Below are positions 19,595-27,873 of a stretch of DNA of 64,000 nt, piece after piece (within the stretch, counting starts at the first letter, position 1; every line of letters starts with the position of its first letter). The notes beneath the pieces are model-generated. The model saw only the letters and a program-made list of their open reading frames with translations. It was not told the origin of the DNA and ran no database searches. Where the stretch lies: the NCBI GenBank assembly GCA_051252135.1, contig JBPOGH010000018.1:28471-92470 (forward strand), given 5' to 3'. The translations under genes and the position numbers were made by a program. Source of the DNA: Verrucomicrobiaceae bacterium (GTDB lineage: Bacteria; Verrucomicrobiota; Verrucomicrobiia; Verrucomicrobiales; Akkermansiaceae).

Positions 19595-20155
19595 CTAGAG
19601 AGGAAGTGAGGACATCTTGGATGCCTCAGCGACTTCGAACTTGGCGCGCTTAAGCACCTTCGCGGTCTTTTCCTCGTCGTAAGCATCTTCGCTGGTGAGA
19701 AGAATTTCGATGACGCGAGAGTCAACGAATGCGAACTGAACTCCATCAAGTTTGGTCAGAGCGACACGCGCTCTTTCATTGGTGGTTGCTCATCCGCCGC
19801 CCTTGCCGACGAAACGCATGCCCGCCTGGGGCTTGTCGTACTCGTTCTTGTCAAGGTCTTCGAGCTTAAGTCCGGCTTCGCCAAAGGCTTTGCGAACGGT
19901 GGCCTTAGTCAACTCCTGACCGTCCGAAAGTGTGACGATGGCGTTGGTTCCGGAGACGAGCACTTTTTCGGTGCCTTCGATCTTAGTCAAGGCCGCACGG
20001 GCCTTGGTTGCGGCACCTCAACCACCTCCACTGAAGGAGACGGAGAAGGCCGTGATCTTTTCTGCAGCTACGGCGGCGGCTTCATCTGCAGCAATGGCAG
20101 AGGAGGACACAGCACCGAAAGCGCACAACATTCCAAAGAGGATCTTGGCTTTCAT
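19595..20155 (-). CDS. Probable selenoprotein: secreted tandem HMA-like protein, 186 aa, Sec46 and Sec122
   Basis: ATG 20155, in-frame TGA at 20018-20020 and 19790-19792, TAG at 19595; repeats SGGG-U-GAATKARAALTKIEG and KGGG-U-ATTNERARVALTKLDG; a hairpin after each TGA. Confidence 0.8.
19758..19774 (-). promoter_or_regulatory. Putative SECIS for the second UGA
   Basis: AGAGCG-CGUGU-CGCUCU hairpin starting 15 nt after UGA. Confidence 0.7.
19988..20006 (-). promoter_or_regulatory. Putative SECIS for the first UGA
   Basis: CAAGGCC-CGUGC-GGCCUUG hairpin starting 11 nt after UGA. Confidence 0.72.
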
Positions 20156-20360
20156 AACGGCGGAACACTACGGGACTTTCGGGATTCTGCAAGTGGACAA
20201 TTTTTAATTGAGGGTTGCTTCCATTCACGGGTGAATCCGCGCAATTCTCTCAATAAGAGCCTTTTAAAAGAACAGTCAGCCTGTTTTAGGAGCCTTTGAT
20301 TGGGTATTTCCGAGATTTTCTTCGGCTTTTTTGGGAAAAGAGGGTCGATTTTCGCAACCG

Positions 20361-21977
20361 CTAGAAGCGGCGGAGGACGGTGTCGGACTCGTAGCGCTTT
20401 GCGGTTTTGGGGTAGTCGAGGGTGTGGTGGGATCCGCGGGATTCTTTTCGCAAGAGGGCGGAGTCGATGATGATGCTGGCGGTGGCGACGAGGTTCCGGA
20501 GCTCGAGGATGTCGGGGGTGAGGGTGTAGCCCCAGTAGAATTCTTTGACCTCGCGGCGGAGGTTGCGGAGGCGGTAGGAGGCGCGGCGGAGGCGGTTATC
20601 GGTGCGGACGATGGAGACGTAGTCCTGCATGGTGCGGCGGAGTTCGTCCCAGGCGTGGTAGATGTTGACGAGCTCGTCGGGCGGGGCGGCGTTTCCGCTT
20701 TCCCATTGGGGGATGAGGGGGCCTTTGGGTTCGGATTTTCCCGGGGGGTAGAGTTTGAGGATTTTGGCGAGGGCGCGGCGGGCCATGACGTTGCCTTCGA
20801 GGAGGGAGTTGGAGGCGAGGCGGTTGGCGCCGTGGAGTCCGGTGCAGGCGACTTCTCCGATGGCGAAGAGTCCGCGGATGGCGGTGCCTCCGTCGAGGTC
20901 TGTGACGACGCCGCCGCATTGGTAGTGGGCGGCGGGGACGACGGGGATGGGTTTTTCGAGGGCGTTGTGGCCGAAGTGGAGGAGGGTTTGGTGGATGAAG
21001 GGGAAGCGCTCGGCGAAGGTGTCGCCGAGGGGGGAGACGTCGAGGAAGACGCAGGGGGCGCCGGTGCGTTTGATCTCGGTGTCGATGGCGCGGGCGACGA
21101 TGTCACGGGGGGCGAGGGAGCCGCGTGGGTCGTGGTCGTTTACGAACTCATGGCCCTCGCCATTGACGAGGACGGCTCCTTCGCCGCGGACGGCTTCGGA
21201 GACGAGGAAGGAGCGTGCTTCGGGTCCGCTGGCGGCGGGGTTGTAGAAGCAGGTGGGGTGGAATTGGATGAACTCCATGTTGGCGATGGAGGCTCCGGCG
21301 CGCCAGGCCATGGCGAGGCCGTCGCCGGTGGAGGAGTCGGGGTTAGTGGTGTAGAGGTAGGTTTTTCCGCAGCCGCCGGTGGCGAGGATGACGCGCGCGG
21401 CTTCGATGACTTCGACGTTGCCGGTTTTTGTCTGGAGGACGTAGGCTCCGAGGATGCGATCGTCGGTGACGGCTCCGAGTTTTCCGGTGGTGATGAGGTC
21501 GATGGCGTAGTGGTCTTCGAGGAGGGTGATGTTTTTGTTTTTCCTGGCGGTCTCGACGAGGGAGGTGGCGATTTCCCGGCCGGTGGTGTCCTTGGAGTGG
21601 AGGATGCGGCGTTCGGAGTGGCCGCCTTCTTTTCCGAGGGAGTAGCGGGAGGGATCTTCTTCGTCGCGGTCGAAATCGGTTCCCCAGGCGACGAGTTCGT
21701 CGATGGTCTTGGCGGCTTCGGCTACGATGGTCTCGACGACATCGGGATGGCAGAGGCCGCCTCCGGCGTCGAGGGTGTCGGCGATGTGCTTGGCGCAGTT
21801 GTCATCGGGGTCCCGGAGTCCTGGGGGGAGGACGGCGGAGATGCCGCCTTGGGCCCATGCGGTGTTGGATTCGAGGAGCTTGCCTTTGGAGATGACGGTG
21901 ACGGTGCCGTGTTGGGAAGCTTTGATGGCGAAGGAGAGTCCGGCGACGCCGGCGCCGATGACGAGGAAATCAGACAT
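20361..21977 (-). CDS. nadB: L-aspartate oxidase
   Basis: IGAGVAGL, WAQGGI, EGGHS.RRILH, EFIQFHPT, PAAHYQCGG, TGLHGANRLASNSLLE. Confidence 0.96.
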   Translation of the reverse strand: MSDFLVIGAGVAGLSFAIKASQHGTVTVISKGKLLESNTAWAQGGISAVLPPGLRDPDDNCAKHIADTLDAGGGLCHPDVVETIVAEAAKTIDELVAWGTDFDRDEEDPSRYSLGKEGGHSERRILHSKDTTGREIATSLVETARKNKNITLLEDHYAIDLITTGKLGAVTDDRILGAYVLQTKTGNVEVIEAARVILATGGCGKTYLYTTNPDSSTGDGLAMAWRAGASIANMEFIQFHPTCFYNPAASGPEARSFLVSEAVRGEGAVLVNGEGHEFVNDHDPRGSLAPRDIVARAIDTEIKRTGAPCVFLDVSPLGDTFAERFPFIHQTLLHFGHNALEKPIPVVPAAHYQCGGVVTDLDGGTAIRGLFAIGEVACTGLHGANRLASNSLLEGNVMARRALAKILKLYPPGKSEPKGPLIPQWESGNAAPPDELVNIYHAWDELRRTMQDYVSIVRTDNRLRRASYRLRNLRREVKEFYWGYTLTPDILELRNLVATASIIIDSALLRKESRGSHHTLDYPKTAKRYESDTVLRRF

Positions 21978-22113
21978 GAACGAAGGGGGTTACGATGCCC
22001 TTTGAGGGATCATTTGCCAATCATTCAGTGTTTTTGGGGGTTGGTGGGAGCGAGGGGGATGCCGGGTGTGCGGCGTTGGTTTGTGGGGGGTGATTTTTTG
22101 CGGACGCGGTGTT

Positions 22114-23271
22114 TCAGTGGATTTCTGTTTGGAGGTCGCGGGCGGTCCAGATTTGGCCGGCGAGGTGGCCGAGGGTGCCGCGGGGTTTTCGAGCGCCGGT
22201 TTGGCGACGGGTGCCGAAGTGTTCGCGGCTTTGTTGGTAGACGTCGTTGACGAAGGTTTTGCTGCCGAGGACGGCGCCATCGGCAAAGTAGCGGATACGG
22301 CAGCTGATGGCCTTGCCGATGGCGAGGTCAGGGGTGGGGTCGGCTTTTTTGAGGCGTGCGAGTTCTTTCTCGATAGCTGCGCGGGGTGCTCCTTTGCGGG
22401 TGGTTTTTTGGCTGATATCGCCCGATGAATCGGGGCGGGTGGTTTTGACTTCAACGGCTCCCTGGAGGAGGATGGTGCGGTATTCTTTGGCGATGCCTCC
22501 TTGGGCCCAGGCGCGGGGTTTTCCTTGGTTGCCGCGGTGTCCGTGGAGCGCACGGACCAAGCCGGCGCGTGCTTTTTTTCCGCCTGCGGCTGCTTCTCCG
22601 TAGCTGCTCCAGCGGTAGTCTGCGGGGTCAGCGACCATTCCGGCCCGGACGGGATTGAGGTCGATGTAGGCGGCCATGGTGCGGGAGGCGGTGCCGTCTT
22701 CGACGATGACGCTTTTGAAGCGCTGCTCCCAGAGGGTGCCTTTGCGGCCGTTCATGCGGTTATACCAGGAGGTGAAGCGCTGCAGGAGACCTTTCATGAA
22801 TTGGGAGAGGTCGTGCATGCGGTAGGTGAAGCGGCCTTTGACTTGTTGGAGTTGAAGGAGGGTTTGGTGGTAGGATTTTTGGGAGATTTTTCCGGCTGAG
22901 AGGGCCTTTCGGGCGTCTGCTTCTGCGCTGCGATGGTGGGCCAGTTCATGGCGGATTCCCTGAACGAATGCGCGGGAGTAGAGGGCATCGAGTCTTTTGA
23001 AGAAGGTGCTGTCGCTCAGGTCCTCGAGAGTTTCGCCGGGGGAGGGGGTCGGGGGGACTTCCAGCAGGATATGAAAGTGGTTGCTCATGATGCAGTAGCT
23101 CAGGACGCGGCAGCCGGAAAAGTTTTCATACATGCGCATGAGCATCTTGAAGTGCTCGCGTTCTTCATCGCCGAGGACGAAGCGTCGGTCGACGATTCGG
23201 GAGACCACGTGATAAATCACCGGTTTTTCGGGGTCATCCTTCCAAGGAGCAAGCCAACGCGACTTCCGCAT
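22114..23271 (-). mobile_element. REP-associated tyrosine transposase (RAYT, Y1/IS200-like HUH)
   Basis: YHVVSR, YCIMSNHFHILL (HUH), GTLWEQRFKS and YIDLNPVRAGMV.DP.DYRWSS. Confidence 0.88.
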
Positions 23272-23361
23272 ATGGGAGACTAGACAGAAAGGGGATTGCG
23301 GGGCAAGCGGGTTTCCAATAAAAGGTCTGTCCCCATATCAAGAGGAGTTAGAGCGATTGTG

Positions 23362-23444
23362 GCATGCCTTCAGCATGCGGGTTGTTGGGAGAGGGGGTAT
23401 GGGGCTGAAGCCCCATGTTTTGGTTGTTTGCTGCCTTTGGCAGC
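23362..23444. repeat. REP-like triple palindrome upstream of RAYT
   Basis: GCATGC-CTTCA-GCATGC, ATGGGGCT-GA-AGCCCCAT and GCTGCC-TTT-GGCAGC. Confidence 0.65.
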
Positions 23445-23647
23445 GTGAAGTGTGGTTATTCGTTGGGCGGAGGTTTGTTGAGGGGCTAGTGCTCCGTTCA
23501 GCTTAAAATGACGAGTGTCTTCTCACGTTTTTCGAGATGGCTTCGTTGTCACCCTTTCTGAGAATCCCGATTCACTGAAAGACTTCCGCCTTGCCCTCTC
23601 AAAAAACGCATTACGAAGCCATCCATCATTTTAAGCTGAACGAAGCA

Positions 23648-24700
23648 CTAGTCCTTTTTGGTGACGAGGCCGAAGAAGGAGCGTTTTTTGGCGGATTTTT
23701 TGGAGGTGCTGCCGCGGGTGGCGAGGGTGGTGGCGGGGCGTGGGGGGGATTTTTTGAGGACGGAGGGGAGTTGGGATTGGGAGACGTTGGAGGAGGAGAA
23801 TTGGGTGGGGAGGAGGGTGGTTTTGCGCTTGGCGGTGAAGGTGCCTTTTTTGAGGTCGGGGATTTCGGAGACGCCGGAGACGCCGCCGGGGTTGCTGCCG
23901 TCCTGCGGGCCTTCGATGGGGCCTTCGAGGAGGGAGGTGAAGCCTTGGTTGACGGTGAGTTGGCCGGTCTGGATGAGGGATCCGGGGCGGTTGTCATGGG
24001 CGACGCCGAAGGGGGCGGTGAGGGTGACGGAGTTTCCGGGGGCGGAGGTTTGGAACCGGCCGCTGTTGGAGATGAAGCCATCGGAGTAGATCTCGATGGT
24101 GGGGGCGGTGATGGTGCCGCGGGTGCGGACCTGGGCGCCGCCGAGGGATCCGGAGGCGGGGGTGATGGAGAGGTCGGCTTGGGAGACGGTGGAGGTCTCA
24201 GCTGAGATGAGGGTGACTTTTCCGGAGGGGGCTTCGAGGTTTCCGCCGATGGTTTGGCGGAGGCTGAGGAGGGTGAGGTCGCCGGAGGAGGCGTGGATGT
24301 CTCCGTTGACGATCATGTCGCGGACGCGGAGGGAGCCCTGGAAGTTTCCGCCGGTGAGGGGGAGGGTGGAGAGGGTGACGGCGGGGGCGTGGATGGTGCC
24401 GTTCATGCGGATGCCGCGGGGGGCGATGAGGGTGAAGGGACCGTCGGAGGTGATGGAGCCATCGATGAGGGCGGTGCCGCTGACGTGGTGGGTGCTGGCG
24501 AAGGGGCCGCCGGCGGAGGTGATGTTGAGGGAGTCGGTGGCGGGGAGGGTGAAGCCGGTCCAGTTGAGGTCGGCATTGTTAAAGAGGGTGATGTCGGTAT
24601 TTCCTCCGGCGGAGGTGCACATGAAGTGAGGGGAGGGGCCGAGGGGGCATTGTGCGGCGGCGGTGCCGATGAGAGCTGTGAGAAGGAGGCCGGTTTTCAT
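23648..24700 (-). CDS. Small filamentous-haemagglutinin/TpsA-like secreted beta-helical protein
   Basis: Signal peptide; LNWTGFTL...IDGSITSDGPFTLIAPRGI resembles the TPS secretion domain; G.I.A / G.VTL.A repeats. Confidence 0.7.
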   Translation of the reverse strand: MKTGLLLTALIGTAAAQCPLGPSPHFMCTSAGGNTDITLFNNADLNWTGFTLPATDSLNITSAGGPFASTHHVSGTALIDGSITSDGPFTLIAPRGIRMNGTIHAPAVTLSTLPLTGGNFQGSLRVRDMIVNGDIHASSGDLTLLSLRQTIGGNLEAPSGKVTLISAETSTVSQADLSITPASGSLGGAQVRTRGTITAPTIEIYSDGFISNSGRFQTSAPGNSVTLTAPFGVAHDNRPGSLIQTGQLTVNQGFTSLLEGPIEGPQDGSNPGGVSGVSEIPDLKKGTFTAKRKTTLLPTQFSSSNVSQSQLPSVLKKSPPRPATTLATRGSTSKKSAKKRSFFGLVTKKD

Positions 24701-24710
24701 CACTGGAATC

Positions 24711-24736
24711 ATCGCAAAGAAGGGCGGTGAATGTCA
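24711..24736 (-). promoter_or_regulatory. Putative ECF promoter TGACATT-N14-GCGAT (TpsA-like gene)
   Basis: Exact motif on the minus strand, ending 10 nt before ATG 24700. Confidence 0.7.
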
Positions 24737-24801
24737 GGAATTATTCTCGTTCTTTCATTGGGGGCGAATTTCCGTATTCTTTGCGGGTGATTTCCGCTCC
24801 G

Positions 24802-25725
24802 ATGGCAGGATGGCTCGATGAGCTTTGGGAGGCGGTGTGCCGTAAGGCGGCGCGGCCGATTCCGGGGGTGTTGTTGGATGGGAGGGGGATTGCGACGGTG
24901 GCGCGTGAGGTGTTTGGGGAGTTTCTTGAGGGTGGGGGTTCGCCGGAGGGGACGCCGCAGGCAATGATGACGGTTCTGGGGCAACCGGCGCAGAAGGAGG
25001 CGCTGAAGCATGTGGCGGGTCGGCGGAGCGGGGAGGGGGATGCGGATTTGTTGCGGGATCCGGAGAAGAAGTATTGGGAGAGGAATCCGAAGATGCCGGA
25101 GTTGGTGGAACGCGGGGGTGAGGGTGAGCTGACATCGGGTGAATGGGGAATTGCGGAGCCGGTGATGTGGAAGCGTGCGGCGCCGATTTATCGTCGATTG
25201 CGGATCAATGAGACGGATGCGCGTGATGTTTACGGGGAGACGATGGGTGATTTTTTGAAGGCGCGGCCCGATCTAAAAGGTTGTCCTTTTTTGGAGATGT
25301 TGGTTTTTGAGGAACTGCCACGTTTGTTTGCGGTGGTGGCGGAGCGGCGGGCGATCTCGTGGGTGCGGAAGCAGACGACGCTGAAGAATCAGCCGAACCA
25401 GACGGGGTTGTCGATGGATGATCCGGACCTGGGGTTGGCGGAGCCGAGGTCGCTGGAGGATCCGGATCCGTTGGCGAATGTGACCTTTGACCGGATCCGG
25501 GAGCGGTGCGGGGAGGCGCTGGAGGATTTTGAGTGGCACGTGGTGGAGGCGCTCTTTGTGGAGGGGAGTCAGACGCGGGATGAGCTGGTGATGGAGGATT
25601 GGATTGTGGAGGAGATGGGGGTGGATTTGGGGGCGTCGAGATCGACGAAGCTGCGACGGCTGAACGGGGTGATTGCGGAGGCGCTGGGGAAGCTGGGGCG
25701 CGCGATAGAAACGACTGATTTGTAG
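24802..25725 (+). CDS. ECF-like RNA polymerase sigma factor with N-terminal extension
   Basis: Region-2-like DARDVYGETM...LFAVVAERRAISWVRK; C-terminal helical region-4-like segment; precedes a TM anti-sigma-like gene. Confidence 0.6.
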   Translation: MAGWLDELWEAVCRKAARPIPGVLLDGRGIATVAREVFGEFLEGGGSPEGTPQAMMTVLGQPAQKEALKHVAGRRSGEGDADLLRDPEKKYWERNPKMPELVERGGEGELTSGEWGIAEPVMWKRAAPIYRRLRINETDARDVYGETMGDFLKARPDLKGCPFLEMLVFEELPRLFAVVAERRAISWVRKQTTLKNQPNQTGLSMDDPDLGLAEPRSLEDPDPLANVTFDRIRERCGEALEDFEWHVVEALFVEGSQTRDELVMEDWIVEEMGVDLGASRSTKLRRLNGVIAEALGKLGRAIETTDL

Positions 25726-25731
25726 AAAAAG

Positions 25732-25757
25732 TGACATTGAACCCGAAGGAGTGCGAT
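25732..25757 (+). promoter_or_regulatory. Putative ECF promoter TGACATT-N14-GCGAT (anti-sigma/TpsB/S8/CHAT operon)
   Basis: Exact motif ending 14 nt before ATG 25772. Confidence 0.7.
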
Positions 25758-25771
25758 CGAGGAGACAGAAG

Positions 25772-26425
25772 ATGAAAAAGATACCTGACCGAAGCCTTGA
25801 AGCACTGCGTGTGCGTGACGAGCTATCGCATGATTCCGATGCGCTGCGGGCGTTGGATGCGCTGGCGAAGATGAGCGAGGAGGAGAGTGCGGTGGAAGTG
25901 CCGCCGATTCCGGATGATTTGCGGGCGCAGTGGGGGGAGCGGTATGGGGAGGCGCGGCAGGCAGTTCCGGTGGCGAAGGAAGGATTTTTTGCGAGCTTGA
26001 AAGAGCGGTGGAGTGGATGGGCTTTGGGCGGGGTGGCGGCGACGTCGCTCGCGGCGATTGCGTTGCTCTTTGTGCTGAATCAGGGAGGGACGCCATCGAT
26101 GAGCGGTGGCGATGCTCCGGTGATGCGGGGTGGTGGTGATTTCCAGCCGACGAAGGAGACGGTGATACTTTTCATCGGGAGTGCGGAAGTGAGCTTCGAG
26201 GAGTTCTTTGAAACCCGTGAAGGCGGGCTGGTGCTGGAGGCGGCTGATGAGGCTGATGTTGAGCGGGTGATCGCTGACAATGGGCTGAGTGAAGCGGTGG
26301 TGATTGATGCCGGGACCGGGACCTTGCGGCTTTGGAAGGACGGCTTTGGTGATGAGGTGAAGTTGATTGAGGGGGGCGATGCCTATGATTTGAGTGAAGC
26401 GCTGGAGAACCATCTGGGACAATGA
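25772..26425 (+). CDS. Putative single-pass anti-sigma factor
   Basis: Cytoplasmic N-domain, TM WALGGVAATSLAAIALLFVL, linker with VMRGGG, small C-terminal domain. Confidence 0.6.
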   Translation: MKKIPDRSLEALRVRDELSHDSDALRALDALAKMSEEESAVEVPPIPDDLRAQWGERYGEARQAVPVAKEGFFASLKERWSGWALGGVAATSLAAIALLFVLNQGGTPSMSGGDAPVMRGGGDFQPTKETVILFIGSAEVSFEEFFETREGGLVLEAADEADVERVIADNGLSEAVVIDAGTGTLRLWKDGFGDEVKLIEGGDAYDLSEALENHLGQ

Positions 26426-27861
26426 AGACCTTACTGACTTTCTCATTGATCACGGCGGCTTACGGGCTGCCGGTGGTGATCGAGAGTGGGAATGAGGTGC
26501 CGGACCGGGAGGTGCTGGAGGAGGCGGTGGCGCAGGCGCGGGATGCGGATGGGGCGGCGGATGCGATCTTGATTCACTACCATGACCGGGGGTTTCCGGC
26601 AGTGGGGGTGGAGGTGGTGGATGAGCGGGGGCGGCGTCGGGCGGTGATTGAGGTGGCGCGGTTTGGCAAGGTGTGGCTGGGGGAGGGTCCGGAGCGGACG
26701 GAGAAGGTGGCGGGAGAGTTTTTTGGTGAGTTGTCGGGGAGCCCGGTGGATCGCAAGGTGTTGGCGGGGATGCTGGAGGACTTTCATGCGAATCCGCTGC
26801 ATCGGGTGGTGCCGAAGCTGCAGCCGAGTGAGGATGGGGTGAGGGTGAATGCGTTGTTGCAGATCGAGCAGTCGGAGGCGCAGCGGTTTTCGGCGGGGTA
26901 TTTGGATACGGGGGCGAATCCGCTGCCGCGTGAGCGGGTGTGGGTGCGGGGTGAGTTTGCGGATTTGTTCGGGCGGTCGACCTTGACCTCGGCACAGGTG
27001 AGTTCGGCATTTGATCCGGGCGAGTTTCATGCGGTGCAGCTGGGGACGCGGTTTTTTCAGCGGGGGAATCAGGAGTTGGGTTTTGATTTGTCTTACTCGG
27101 GGGCGTCGGGGTTTTCGGTGGGTGGGTTTGATGCGTATTCGTGGCAGGCGGGGGTGAGTTGGGAGCGGGGGGAAGCGGAGTGGCGGGGGTGGGAGCGGAC
27201 GACGACGGCGGGATTTTCGTACCGGAAGAGTAACAACGCGCTGGAATTTGGGGCAGCGACGGCGCGTGGGTTGGCAGATGTTTTCCAGGTGAGGGTGGGG
27301 CAGGAGTGGGAGCGGAGGGATGAGGGAGCGGAGACGCAGGTGCAGGCGGATTTGATCGCGTCGCCGGGGGGGACGTCATCGGCTGGGGACGATGCGGCGC
27401 ATCAATCGTTGCGGCCGGGGGCGAGGGCGGAATATCTGATGGCGCGGGCGGGGCTGTGGCATCGTCGTGATTTACCCAAGGGATGGGACGCGGTGGTGCA
27501 TGCGGCGGGGCAGTGGTCGAGCGATCCGGTGTTGCAGGCGGATCAGATTGCGTTGGGCGGGGCGTCGGGCTTGCGCGGGTTGCCGGAGCAATTTGCGTTG
27601 GGGGACGAGGGGTATTTTGGCGGGGTGGAGATCCGGACTCCGGTGCTGGAGGTGGCGGGGGACTGGAAGGTGCGGCCTTCGGTGTTTTTGCAGGCGGGTG
27701 AGACTTTTAATCTGGTGACGGGCGGGAGCACGAGTGCGGTGACGAGCGGGCTGGGAATTCAGGTGGCGGGCGGCGAAGGGCTTCGTGCTTCGGTTCACGC
27801 GGGCTGGCGGCTCGACTCGGGCGGCTCGGAGCTGCATACTCAATTAACGTGGAAATTTTAA
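26422..27861 (+). CDS. ShlB/FhaC/HecB (TpsB) outer-membrane transporter
   Basis: YHDRGFPAV POTRA-like segment, DTG, QIALGGASGLRG (VRGY-like loop), C-terminal WKF. Confidence 0.85.
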   Translation: MKTLLTFSLITAAYGLPVVIESGNEVPDREVLEEAVAQARDADGAADAILIHYHDRGFPAVGVEVVDERGRRRAVIEVARFGKVWLGEGPERTEKVAGEFFGELSGSPVDRKVLAGMLEDFHANPLHRVVPKLQPSEDGVRVNALLQIEQSEAQRFSAGYLDTGANPLPRERVWVRGEFADLFGRSTLTSAQVSSAFDPGEFHAVQLGTRFFQRGNQELGFDLSYSGASGFSVGGFDAYSWQAGVSWERGEAEWRGWERTTTAGFSYRKSNNALEFGAATARGLADVFQVRVGQEWERRDEGAETQVQADLIASPGGTSSAGDDAAHQSLRPGARAEYLMARAGLWHRRDLPKGWDAVVHAAGQWSSDPVLQADQIALGGASGLRGLPEQFALGDEGYFGGVEIRTPVLEVAGDWKVRPSVFLQAGETFNLVTGGSTSAVTSGLGIQVAGGEGLRASVHAGWRLDSGGSELHTQLTWKF

Positions 27862-27873
27862 TCCCCCGATCCG

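Noticed and set aside
19790..19990. 66-aa ORF (and antisense ORF 19932-20207) as stand-alone genes
   Set aside because: The 66-aa ORF is the segment between the two in-frame TGAs of the longer gene; the other is its antisense shadow
19595..20155. Alternative genetic code (UGA = Trp/Gly) as the explanation of the in-frame TGAs
   Set aside because: TGA terminates many conserved genes here (thiL, ispG, clpS, aroA), so code 11 applies
20331..22250. Long shadow ORFs (e.g. 20331-22250, 61692-63485, 58982-60157, 52621-53667, 10098-11126)
   Set aside because: Antisense or off-frame to well-supported genes; compositionally biased by high GC and skew
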